Part shown: positions 10,591 to 20,032 of the stretch, piece by piece | How the letters are laid out: every line of letters starts with the position of its first letter | Position numbering within the stretch: the first letter of the stretch is position 1 | Assembly (NCBI GenBank): GCA_043797125.1 | Contig: JAZDPX010000023.1 | Span: 3,098-67,097 of the forward strand | Direction of reading: 5' to 3' | Length of the DNA stretch: 64,000 bases | From: Candidatus Omnitrophota bacterium | GTDB lineage: Bacteria; Omnitrophota; Gorgyraeia; JABMRG01; JAFGKX01 | Translations under genes and position numbers: made by a program | The notes under the pieces: model-generated | What the model was told of the DNA's origin: nothing | Databases searched by the model: none | What the model saw: only the letters and a program-made list of their open reading frames with translations

Positions 10591-11784
10591 ATGAAGATTC
10601 CGTTTGGGACAGTATCCATTACTAATAAATCAAAGGAGTTAATAAAAAAAATCCTTGATTCAAAAAGGGTTTCCAGCGGTAAATATGTAAGAGAATTTGA
10701 AGAGAAATTCGCCGGATTAATCGGAGCAAAAGAGGCGGTGGCTTTAAGTAGCGGGACCGATGCGGACGCCCTTGCCTTAGCCGTGCTTTATGATTTCGGC
10801 GCTAAACGCGCAGATGAAGTTATTGTTCCTGCGTTGTCCTTTGTCTCTACGGGGAACGCCGTTTTACAGGCTGGGTTTAAGCCCGTCTTTGTGGATGTTG
10901 ACAAAAACACCTTGAATATTGATCCGGAGAAAATTAAAAATGCAATTACGGAAAAAACAAGAGCGATAATGCCAGTTCATCTTATGGGTAAGCCGGCAGA
11001 GATGGATTCAATTAACAAAATAGCCAAACAGTGCAATTTATATGTAATTGAGGATGCCGCAGAAGCGCACGGCGCCGTTTATAAAAATAAAAATGCCGGA
11101 ACTCTCGGAGATATGGGGGCGTTCAGTTTGTATGTCGCCCATATTATCACGACGGTAGAAGGCGGAATTGTTACAACTGACAAAAAAGATTTTGCAGAAA
11201 TTTTAAGATCGCTCCGGTCTCACGGAAGGGCCTGTAAATGCAGGGTATGCGTGCTGAATACGGCTTCCAGCTACTGCCCCGAAAGATTTAGGTATAAGGA
11301 AAACGTTGACACGAGGTTTATTTTCGAAAGAATCGGCTATTCTGCTAAAATGAATGAATTAGAAGCAGCCGTCGGGCTTGGCAATATCGAAATATATCAA
11401 AGCATCCTTAAAAAGCGAAGGGAAAATCTTAAGTATTTAATGGAGAGATTCAAAAAATTTAGGCCTTATCTTGCAAGCGCGGAAGAAGAACAATATGAAA
11501 CAATCGGTCCCCACGCATTTTACGTTATCCTTCAGGAAAGAGTTAAGTTCAGCAGAGACGAATTTGCAAGTTTTTTAGAAAAACGCGGCATTGATACAAG
11601 GACATTATTTTCATCCATACCAACACAATGCGCCGGTTTTAAGTTCTTAGGGTATCGTCTGGGCGATTTTCCAAATGCAGAGTATATAGGAAACAACGGG
11701 CTTCACATCGGAGTGCATCAGGATTTGGGAAAAAAAGAACTCGATTATTTTATTAAGGCCGTGGAGGATTTCTTAAAAGAGTGA
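10591..11784 (+). CDS. DegT/DnrJ-family PLP/PMP enzyme, His-type (ColD/RfbH-like 3-dehydratase)
   Basis: SSGT, EDAAEAHG, FSLYVAHIITTVEGG (His at Schiff-base Lys position), HGRACKC. Confidence 0.8.
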   Translation: MKIPFGTVSITNKSKELIKKILDSKRVSSGKYVREFEEKFAGLIGAKEAVALSSGTDADALALAVLYDFGAKRADEVIVPALSFVSTGNAVLQAGFKPVFVDVDKNTLNIDPEKIKNAITEKTRAIMPVHLMGKPAEMDSINKIAKQCNLYVIEDAAEAHGAVYKNKNAGTLGDMGAFSLYVAHIITTVEGGIVTTDKKDFAEILRSLRSHGRACKCRVCVLNTASSYCPERFRYKENVDTRFIFERIGYSAKMNELEAAVGLGNIEIYQSILKKRRENLKYLMERFKKFRPYLASAEEEQYETIGPHAFYVILQERVKFSRDEFASFLEKRGIDTRTLFSSIPTQCAGFKFLGYRLGDFPNAEYIGNNGLHIGVHQDLGKKELDYFIKAVEDFLKE

Positions 11785-12974
11785 AGATACTACATATTAC
11801 AGATAATTATGCGCCTGCCGGCGGCGCCGAATATTATATCTACAGTGTTTGCAACGAATTAGAGAAGCGCGGCCACACAAATATAATTATCTATAGCAAT
11901 AAGCAGGATACGACATGGCAGGATGCCGGTCGGCAGGCTTTTTTAATGGAAGGGATAGCCAATTTTAATTCTTCGCAAAATATTATTTCTAAAGCGCTAT
12001 CTGTAGTAAAAAGGGAGAATCCCGATATTATATATTTGCATATTATTAACAATGTTTTGCTAACGAAAGAATTAATAAGATTAAAACCCACGATTCAATA
12101 TATCCATAATCATAATCTATATTGTCCATCCGCAATTATGTCAAACAGGTTTTTTAGATGCCCTGGAAAATTTGGTTTTTTGTGCTTTATTTTCTGTTTG
12201 CTATGCAATTGCAGAGGCTGTAAGTCGCCCAATGCATTAAGACGGTTTAGAATTGTAAAGGCAAACCTTGACAATTCTAAAAGCTTAAATGCGCTTATAG
12301 TCGCAAGTGGATATATGAAGCAAAGATTAATAAACAACGGAATAAACGCGGATAAAATTTTTGTAATACCGTACTTTACCTATCCCAAGAAAGCTTATGA
12401 GCCTACTGCTACGGGAAATATGCCGATTATACTTTTTGCCGGCAGGGTCTGCAAATTTAAAGGTTTGGATTATTTAATAAAAGCGTTGGCGTGTATAAAG
12501 CAGCCTTATAGGCTGATAATAGCCGGGGATGGATATTATATGAATCATATAAGAAAATTAGCAGAAAAGCTAAGGGTGTATAATAACATTGAATTTCTAG
12601 GATGGTTAAACCGCGAAGAGCTAGAAAATGTTTATAGGAGAGCGACTATAATCGTCGTGCCATCCGTATGGCCGGAGCCTTTTGGAATTGTCGGCATCGA
12701 AGCTATGAGCTACGCGAAACCTGTAGTTGCATTTGACACGGGTGGGGTAAGAGAATGGCTTAGAGACGGAGAAAATGGGTTTTTAGTGCCGGCAAAAAAT
12801 GTGCATTTATTATCCGAAAAAATAACAGAAATTATAGAAAATAAAACGTTAGCTGAAAAATTGGGGGAAAAAGGCAAGATGATTAGCGAAGAGAAATTTT
12901 CACCGCAAAAGCATCTTAACTTGCTGGAAAATATATTTCTAAATTTATCCATGTCAGAAAAACATGGGCTATAA
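11781..12974 (+). CDS. GT4 glycosyltransferase
   Basis: GGAE, FAGRVCKFKG, PSVWPEPFGIVGIEAM. Confidence 0.9.
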   Translation: MKILHITDNYAPAGGAEYYIYSVCNELEKRGHTNIIIYSNKQDTTWQDAGRQAFLMEGIANFNSSQNIISKALSVVKRENPDIIYLHIINNVLLTKELIRLKPTIQYIHNHNLYCPSAIMSNRFFRCPGKFGFLCFIFCLLCNCRGCKSPNALRRFRIVKANLDNSKSLNALIVASGYMKQRLINNGINADKIFVIPYFTYPKKAYEPTATGNMPIILFAGRVCKFKGLDYLIKALACIKQPYRLIIAGDGYYMNHIRKLAEKLRVYNNIEFLGWLNREELENVYRRATIIVVPSVWPEPFGIVGIEAMSYAKPVVAFDTGGVREWLRDGENGFLVPAKNVHLLSEKITEIIENKTLAEKLGEKGKMISEEKFSPQKHLNLLENIFLNLSMSEKHGL

Positions 12975-14025
12975 TCCATTGGTTTCGGTAATTATTTTAA
13001 ACTACAACGGCATAAAAGATACTATAGAATGCCTAGATTCTTTAATACATACTGCCTATAGCAATTATGAGATAATTGTGGTTGATAACGCCTCTTCCGA
13101 TAATTCGTCGAAAATATTAAAAGCAAGAGACGATATAAAACTCATAGAGTCTGATAAAAATTATGGTTTTGCCGAAGGCAACAACATAGGCGTAAGACAT
13201 GCGAAGGGTGAGCTTATTTGTTTTTTAAACAACGACGTTGTGGTTGACAAAAACTGGCTTAACGAGTTGGTGCAAACCATGCAGAATATAAGCATTGGTG
13301 AAACATACTCCTCCTTTTTTGATTATTCGGAAAGGCTTGACAGGCAGGCCAATATGCAAAAGGTTAAGCATATGCGCAGCGGCACTTATACGCTTTTGGG
13401 GCGCCGAATATTGTATAATTTTTTTCAAAATTATACTAAAACAAGCATAGATGCCAGCGCATGCTGTTGTATCTACAGAAAAGATATTGTAGATGAGCCG
13501 TTTGATAGGGATTACTTTCTATATTTTGAGGATGTATACTTAGCGTGGAGAATTAGGCTTAAAGGGCATAATATAGTAAGATCGCCATATTCGCTTATTT
13601 ATCATAAGGGCACACAGACAACCGGAAAAGGAAAGGGCATAACAACATTTTACCAGGAAAAAAACAGGATTATGAATTTGCTAATTTTTTACAACCGAAG
13701 CACCATATTTAGATTAATCCCGCTTCTTGTATTTGATGGCATTGAAAATGTATTTATTGTATTGGGGTGCATTTTTATAAGGACAGAACGCGTTTTAAAT
13801 TTATTAAAAGCCCAAATATGGATACTTTTAAATTTAGGAAAAATATTAAGGAAGAGAAGACGTATCCAGGCTGAGAGAAGAGTTAATGATTCCGAAATTA
13901 TTTCGTTGCTGAGCTATAAATGGGATGATAAAAAAGGTATTTATGCACACATACTAAATAATTTCTTTTGCGCATATTGTAAAGCGGCAGGATTAAAAAC
14001 GTACGATATTATTGATAAAGGATAG
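12964..14025 (+). CDS. GT2 glycosyltransferase (rhamnosyltransferase-like)
   Basis: VIILNYNG, VVDNASSD, NYGFAEGNN, LNNDV, FLYFEDV. Confidence 0.9.
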   Translation: MGYNPLVSVIILNYNGIKDTIECLDSLIHTAYSNYEIIVVDNASSDNSSKILKARDDIKLIESDKNYGFAEGNNIGVRHAKGELICFLNNDVVVDKNWLNELVQTMQNISIGETYSSFFDYSERLDRQANMQKVKHMRSGTYTLLGRRILYNFFQNYTKTSIDASACCCIYRKDIVDEPFDRDYFLYFEDVYLAWRIRLKGHNIVRSPYSLIYHKGTQTTGKGKGITTFYQEKNRIMNLLIFYNRSTIFRLIPLLVFDGIENVFIVLGCIFIRTERVLNLLKAQIWILLNLGKILRKRRRIQAERRVNDSEIISLLSYKWDDKKGIYAHILNNFFCAYCKAAGLKTYDIIDKG

Positions 14026-14356
14026 TAGCATACAGAATAATGCCGATAATAAATTAGAAGATACAGCCTGTCTGCTTTGTAAAAGCAAGGATTTTTCGGT
14101 TTTGCACAGAGTATCGAATGCGGAGTTTTTGGAATCCAACGAGTTTCAAATTGTAATATGTAAAAACTGCCGTTTTATTTATTTAAATCCGAGGATCAAA
14201 TTTGAACCATGTCCGAGAACAGAGCTTCCTGCAGCTAAAATTTTATTGCTTAATGGACTTAAACTGATTATGGCAGTATTGAGTTGCGGTGAGATGGTAT
14301 TAGGCTGCGGTGGCAGTATTACCGTAGTGGCAGAGAAATTAAAAAGGCGCAGATAA
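14012..14356 (+). pseudogene. Internally deleted class I methyltransferase remnant (Zn-binding N-terminus)
   Basis: CLLC...CKNC..YLNPR N-terminus and ..GGSITVVAEK C-terminus typical of ~300-aa methyltransferases, but only 114 aa and no SAM motif I. Confidence 0.55.
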
Positions 14357-14357
14357 C

Positions 14358-15971
14358 GTGGAAACTGCTCGAGATTTTAAAAATTCATTTTTTTATTTAA
14401 CATTGGCAGTCGTGTTATTCTGTATATTCTGGGTTTATAGCTCTACGCTAAGCAAAAATTGGTCGGAAGATGCTATAGCCAATGTTTGTTTAGTAGAAAA
14501 TGCTAAAAATGCCCTTTCGCCCTCATTATACCATCCTCATCATATGTTTTATCATGTTTCGGGATTTTTGTTCAGCCGCTTTGTGCAAATATTTTTACCT
14601 CAGGTTTTAACAATCACCTGTTTGCAGATATTCAATAGTATTTTAGCAGTTTTTACAATAGCCGTATTTTTTATAGGATTAAGGATGCTGGATATAGACA
14701 GGTTTATATCTTTATGCGTGTCAGCAGGTCTGGCGTATACTTATACAATGTGGTATTGTGCAACCAGCATAGAAGCAAGAATGAGTCCACTTGCATTTTT
14801 GCTTTTATGCTTTATTTTCATTATTAAGATTGAAAAGGTGAAGTTTACTTATATTCTGGTTGTTGCTATGGGTCTTTGTCATGCACTATCTATACTTTTA
14901 CACCAATTAAGCACCCTTTTTGCAGCTGTAAGCATTGCCGGTTTTTTTATCTTTCTTAAAGGCAAAGGACGTTATAAATGCCTATTGTTATATATCGCCT
15001 CTACAGGGTTTTTTACCGTAACTACATATGCCTTAATAGCACGGTACATATTGGGCGTAAAAGGCATAAAAGGATTTCTTTTGTTCGTTACTAGCTATAT
15101 GCATCTTGGAACGTGGGGTTTTGACTTTTTTGAAACCCTAAATATTCCAAGGGCAGCATATGGTTTTCTTAATGCTCAGCTTTATCTGCCGCTAAGAACG
15201 TTAAAAGAGTTCCTTAAGAGCAGTTTTTCCTTAATGGGGCTTGCCAACACGATAGCTTTTATAGCAGTGGTTTCAATGTTGGTTTTGCCGCTTCTAAGTT
15301 TCAGAAAAACAACCAATGCGATAAATAAACAGCGTATAATATTTATTGGATGGATTTGGATTATCTTTTATCTGGTTTTGTACGTTACGACTGAGGCGCC
15401 ACAGGCACAATATGTAATAGTAAATTATCCGTTCATGGTTATTCCCTCGTGGATTATGATAGCTGTTTGCGCAGATAATTTTTCCAGCATGATTAATAAA
15501 AGGCTCGTATATTTAATTGCAATCATGGTGCCGCTATATATATTTTTCTGGAATTATTCTTTTATAATTACGGAATCTACCGATATAAATAATAATTTAA
15601 AATTTAAAAACGCTGTTTTCTGGCAACGTAATAGCAGCCCAAAAACCGTTTTTCTTTCAATGGATTGGGAGCCGTATATTGAATATTTTGCCAAAAGGCG
15701 CGTTGTGTCAATTGCAAAGTATTTTCCTGATTCCGAAGAAGACCTTGAAGAGGCCAATGCCCAGCTTTATCATTTACTTGATGCAGAGCTTGAAAACGGC
15801 AATGATATTATTATGCTGGATTTGGATACTGCCGAACACGCCCAGGAATATATGAGCAAGCTGAGCAAGACATATACGTTTTATAATATTAAGATTTTTT
15901 TTTCGCGTTATGAGCTACAGCCCCTTTCCACTGAATTTGGGCTTGCTTATAAAATAAAAGCCAAATCATGA
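14358..15971 (+). CDS. Polytopic membrane protein, GT-C/DUF2723-like (paralog A)
   Basis: About 10 TM stretches, WSED acidic motif after TM1, LYHPHH, soluble C-terminal domain. Confidence 0.6.
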   Translation: METARDFKNSFFYLTLAVVLFCIFWVYSSTLSKNWSEDAIANVCLVENAKNALSPSLYHPHHMFYHVSGFLFSRFVQIFLPQVLTITCLQIFNSILAVFTIAVFFIGLRMLDIDRFISLCVSAGLAYTYTMWYCATSIEARMSPLAFLLLCFIFIIKIEKVKFTYILVVAMGLCHALSILLHQLSTLFAAVSIAGFFIFLKGKGRYKCLLLYIASTGFFTVTTYALIARYILGVKGIKGFLLFVTSYMHLGTWGFDFFETLNIPRAAYGFLNAQLYLPLRTLKEFLKSSFSLMGLANTIAFIAVVSMLVLPLLSFRKTTNAINKQRIIFIGWIWIIFYLVLYVTTEAPQAQYVIVNYPFMVIPSWIMIAVCADNFSSMINKRLVYLIAIMVPLYIFFWNYSFIITESTDINNNLKFKNAVFWQRNSSPKTVFLSMDWEPYIEYFAKRRVVSIAKYFPDSEEDLEEANAQLYHLLDAELENGNDIIMLDLDTAEHAQEYMSKLSKTYTFYNIKIFFSRYELQPLSTEFGLAYKIKAKS

Positions 15972-17596
15972 AAACTGTTTCTGTAGTTAAAGATAATTAC
16001 AGGGGTTTGAGATTTTCTTATACAATAGGCATATTTATTTTTTTATATGCTTTGGTTCTATATATTTTTACCTTAACTAAAAACTGGTCCGATGATGCCA
16101 TATCGTATGCGTATATGACAAAGTTAGCAGATAATATTTTTTCAGCTGCGCTTTATCATCCCCACCATTTACTATATAGTGCTGTAGGTTTTATCGCATA
16201 TAAAACAATAACTGTTTTCTTGCACTGCACCAATGTACTTTTTATTCTTCAAACACTCAACAGTATTCTTGCAGCATCGACGCTGGTAGCATTTTTTGTA
16301 TTGCTACGCTCTGTAGGAATAAATAATTTTTTATCATTTTTGTTTTGTATAGGGCTTTCTTTTACACACACCTTTTGGTTCTGTGCCACAGATGTTGAGC
16401 CGCAGATGGCGCCTTTAACGTTTTATATATTGGCAATTATACTTTTGGTTAAGATAGACAAGACGCGCTTTGCATATTTATATTCGTTTATTATCGGATT
16501 GTTTTGTGCTATGACTGTACTTTTGCATCAAAGCAGCGCACTTTTTTGCCTCAGCATATTAATCGGATTTTTTCTTTTTCTTCAATCGCGCAAGAGATAC
16601 ATATGTGTGGTTTTATACCTGATGTCCGCTACCATAATAACAACCTCTGTTTATTTGGCTGTGGCAATACATATATACGGCATAAAAAAAATAGAAGAAT
16701 TTATACATTTTGTGACATATTATCATTACATAAACATTGCAGGCTTACGTTTTTTTACCCCAGCCAATTTCATTAGAGGGATTTATACATTGTTTAAAAT
16801 AATGCTTTATATGCCGCTTACTTCTATAAGAGGGTTTTTAGAAAGCCCATTTTCTTTTTATGGCCTATTGAATATAACCGTTATTTTATTAACCGGTTTT
16901 GTTTATGTTGTTTCTTTTGCTTCCCTGTTTAAGGAGCAGTTACCTTCTATGCAAAAAAATCTAAAGATAATTTCTATATCTTGGTTCAGCATATATCTAA
17001 TTTATATAAATATTAATGAAGCCCCCTATTTTATTGAACAATACCTTAATGTGCTTCTTCCGCTCTGGATTATCTTTGCGATTTTATCAAACAGTTTATA
17101 CTTGCGGGTGAATAGTAAAAAGATATTTTACGCAACCATGGCAACTTTTATATTGTTTTTATTTTTATGGAATTACTTTATTTTTGCCAGAGCTTCTGCT
17201 GACATTAGGAATAATACAAGGTATAAAAATGCTGTTATGTGGAAAGGGAAAAGTTTACCTGGAGATATTTTTCTTACTTTTAGCTGGAATCCGTATTTTG
17301 AATATTTTGCGCAAAGAAAAGTTATAAAAATTGGAAACTACTTTCCCAATAGGGCAGAATATTTTAAGGCCTATAATCTTAGGCTCAAGAGGCGGATAGA
17401 TAAGGAACTTAAGAAAGGCAGCAATATTTATTTATTGGGACTAGATGTTGTTTTAGAAAGTCAGCATGTGCAGGATTATTTACGTAAGGTTAGTAAGACA
17501 TGTACTGTTGCCAATATTGAAAACTTTTTTTCGCGGTATAATCTAAATCCGATTGAGACGGAGTTCGGCATGGTTTACAAGATAGAAACAAGATAA
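15968..17596 (+). CDS. Polytopic membrane protein, GT-C/DUF2723-like (paralog B)
   Basis: KNWSDDA, LYHPHH, EYFAQR, FFSRY..P..TEFG shared with upstream gene. Confidence 0.6.
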   Translation: MKTVSVVKDNYRGLRFSYTIGIFIFLYALVLYIFTLTKNWSDDAISYAYMTKLADNIFSAALYHPHHLLYSAVGFIAYKTITVFLHCTNVLFILQTLNSILAASTLVAFFVLLRSVGINNFLSFLFCIGLSFTHTFWFCATDVEPQMAPLTFYILAIILLVKIDKTRFAYLYSFIIGLFCAMTVLLHQSSALFCLSILIGFFLFLQSRKRYICVVLYLMSATIITTSVYLAVAIHIYGIKKIEEFIHFVTYYHYINIAGLRFFTPANFIRGIYTLFKIMLYMPLTSIRGFLESPFSFYGLLNITVILLTGFVYVVSFASLFKEQLPSMQKNLKIISISWFSIYLIYININEAPYFIEQYLNVLLPLWIIFAILSNSLYLRVNSKKIFYATMATFILFLFLWNYFIFARASADIRNNTRYKNAVMWKGKSLPGDIFLTFSWNPYFEYFAQRKVIKIGNYFPNRAEYFKAYNLRLKRRIDKELKKGSNIYLLGLDVVLESQHVQDYLRKVSKTCTVANIENFFSRYNLNPIETEFGMVYKIETR

Positions 17597-17605
17597 CCAT
17601 AAAAT

Positions 17606-18877
17606 ATGAAAAAAGACATTTCTGTAATTATACCTGCTATAAACGAAGAAGGAAATATTGGCAGTGTTATAAATAGGGCCAAATTAGTTATTGAAAAATT
17701 AGGAGCAAGTTATGAAATTATTATTGTCGACGGCGGTTCAACCGACAACACCGTATTAGAGGCATATGCTCATGGCGTACGTGTATTAAAGCAGAGAGAA
17801 AAGGGGTTTGGGGCAGCAATAAAGCAGGGTGTATTTGTTTCAGCCGGAGACTTTATAGTGACTATGGATGCGGACTTGTCCCATGAGCCGGATTATATAT
17901 ATGATATGTGGGTTAACAGGGAAAAGGCGGATATGATAATAGCCTCCCGTTATGTACGCGGGGGCAGCGCTGATATGCCATGGTTTAGATATATATTAAG
18001 CGCGGTACTTAACAAAACCTTTTGCGCAGTTCTCTCATTGCCTTTTAAGGATATATCAAGCGGCTTTAGAATGTATAAAGCCGATGTTTTTAAAAATATG
18101 GAGTTTACAGCTTCAGGTTTTAATATATTAGAGGAAGTTATTATAAAATTTTATTTAGAAGCGTTTGAAATTTTAGAAGTCCCTTTTCACTACAAGCCGC
18201 GTAAAAAGGGGCGTAGCCACGTGCATTTTTTGAAATTCAGTTTCTCGTTTGCCAAAACGCTGTTTTCTATGTGGCAGTTAAGAAATTCAGTCCTTTCAGC
18301 AGATTATGACTCACGGGCATATGATAGTAAAATTCCGCTGCAAAGATATTGGCAACGCAAACGTTTCTCTATAATTAAAAATTTCATAGGCAACGCAGAG
18401 AACGACATTTTAGATATAGGTTGCGGCTCAAGCAGGCTTATTAAGAGCTTGCCGAATGCCGTCGGGCTTGATATAAAACTGAAGGTTTTAAGGCATTTGA
18501 GGAAAACCAACGCAAGGTTAGTGCAGTGCACCATAGAAAAGCTTTGTTTTAAGAGAGGCTGTTTTGACCAAGTCGTAATTTCGGAAGTGATAGAGCATAT
18601 ACCAAAGCCTTATTTTAAATTAAGCGATTTGAAAGAGATGTTGAGCGAGAACGGCATCATTATATTAGGGACCCCGGATTACTCAAGTCGTATCTGGCGC
18701 ATAATCGAGTATTTTTATATCAAATTGCTGCCTCGCGGCTACGGCAGTGAGCATATGAGCCGTTATACTTTTTCGGAACTCATAAATATGCTTGAGCGGG
18801 AAGGGTTTGATATAATTGAATATAAATATATATGCGCTAGCGAACTAATTATCAAGGCAAAAATAACAAAACGTTGA
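17606..18877 (+). CDS. GT2 (Dol-P-Man synthase-like) fused to class I methyltransferase
   Basis: IIPAINEE, DGGSTDNT, MDADLSH, DISSGFR; C-terminal ILDIGCGS and EVIEH. Confidence 0.85.
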   Translation: MKKDISVIIPAINEEGNIGSVINRAKLVIEKLGASYEIIIVDGGSTDNTVLEAYAHGVRVLKQREKGFGAAIKQGVFVSAGDFIVTMDADLSHEPDYIYDMWVNREKADMIIASRYVRGGSADMPWFRYILSAVLNKTFCAVLSLPFKDISSGFRMYKADVFKNMEFTASGFNILEEVIIKFYLEAFEILEVPFHYKPRKKGRSHVHFLKFSFSFAKTLFSMWQLRNSVLSADYDSRAYDSKIPLQRYWQRKRFSIIKNFIGNAENDILDIGCGSSRLIKSLPNAVGLDIKLKVLRHLRKTNARLVQCTIEKLCFKRGCFDQVVISEVIEHIPKPYFKLSDLKEMLSENGIIILGTPDYSSRIWRIIEYFYIKLLPRGYGSEHMSRYTFSELINMLEREGFDIIEYKYICASELIIKAKITKR

Positions 18878-18892
18878 TGGCGGAATAACACT

Positions 18893-20032
18893 ATGAAGAT
18901 CGCTTTTATAGTTCATGACGTTAGTGATTTTAGGGGGCATGACAGATATACCGCCGAATTAATAAGGCATTTTTGTCATGAGCATGAAATTTCCATATTT
19001 ACCGCTAACCTTTTTGGCATCGACAGTGACAAGGTTAAATTTTATAAATGCCCCTACTTTAAATCACCCGTTCTGCTTAAGATAATTACATTTTTTATAA
19101 CTTCATATTTTAGGCTTTTATTTAAAAAAAGAGAGGGCTACGACTTAATCCATATGCAGGGTGTATGCACGCTACCACCGAAAAATACGATTATTACAGC
19201 TCATTTTTGCGCAGCTAGTTATTATAGATTATATAAAAAATATGTATTTAATCGCATAACGCCACTGCGAAAACTTTATCAATATATTTATCTTAAAACG
19301 TGTATATTATTAGAGATGTGGGTGCTATGTAGCAAAAACATTAAGAAAATAATAGCACCTTGTGAAAGCGTAAAAAAGGAAATTATCAAATATTATAAGA
19401 TTGATCCGGATAAAATTATAGTTTTGTATGAAGGGGTTGATACAGAAATATTTAAGCCTTATGTCAACACAGGACATAAAACCAAAGAAAAAAAGCAAAT
19501 GTATCTAATAGGTGACTGCGAGAGAAATAGTCTTTTTCACGTCCTCAGGGCTTTAAGGCACACGAAAGAGGTAACCCTTACTGTTATAGGCAGCCGCTCT
19601 GTCGAATATTATAAGGAGCTGGTTTTTAAACTTGGAATTGCAGATAGGGTAATATTTGAGGAAGGCAAGAAACAGATGTCCTCTATTTTTGCCGTATGTG
19701 ATATTTTTATATGCACTTCCATCTACGAGACCTTTGGCCTTACTGCATTAGAAGCCATTTCCTGCGGTATCCCTACCCTGCTAAGTAGGCTAACCGGTGT
19801 TTCTGAATTGGTTGAGGACGGAAAAAACGCGGTCTTGATTAACGACCCTGCGGATGAAGACGAAATCGCCAGCAAAATAAACTTACTTTTAGAAAACGCG
19901 GCCCTGATGAAGAATCTATCAGAAGGCGCGAGAGAATTAGCTCTATTGCATACGTGGGATAAAGTTGCCGCAGAAACCTTCGGCGTATATAAAAAGGTTT
20001 TAGAGAATAGAAATGTGGGTAAGGATATTTAA
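18893..20032 (+). CDS. GT4 glycosyltransferase
   Basis: EGVDTEIF, SIYETFGLTALEAISCG. Confidence 0.88.
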   Translation: MKIAFIVHDVSDFRGHDRYTAELIRHFCHEHEISIFTANLFGIDSDKVKFYKCPYFKSPVLLKIITFFITSYFRLLFKKREGYDLIHMQGVCTLPPKNTIITAHFCAASYYRLYKKYVFNRITPLRKLYQYIYLKTCILLEMWVLCSKNIKKIIAPCESVKKEIIKYYKIDPDKIIVLYEGVDTEIFKPYVNTGHKTKEKKQMYLIGDCERNSLFHVLRALRHTKEVTLTVIGSRSVEYYKELVFKLGIADRVIFEEGKKQMSSIFAVCDIFICTSIYETFGLTALEAISCGIPTLLSRLTGVSELVEDGKNAVLINDPADEDEIASKINLLLENAALMKNLSEGARELALLHTWDKVAAETFGVYKKVLENRNVGKDI

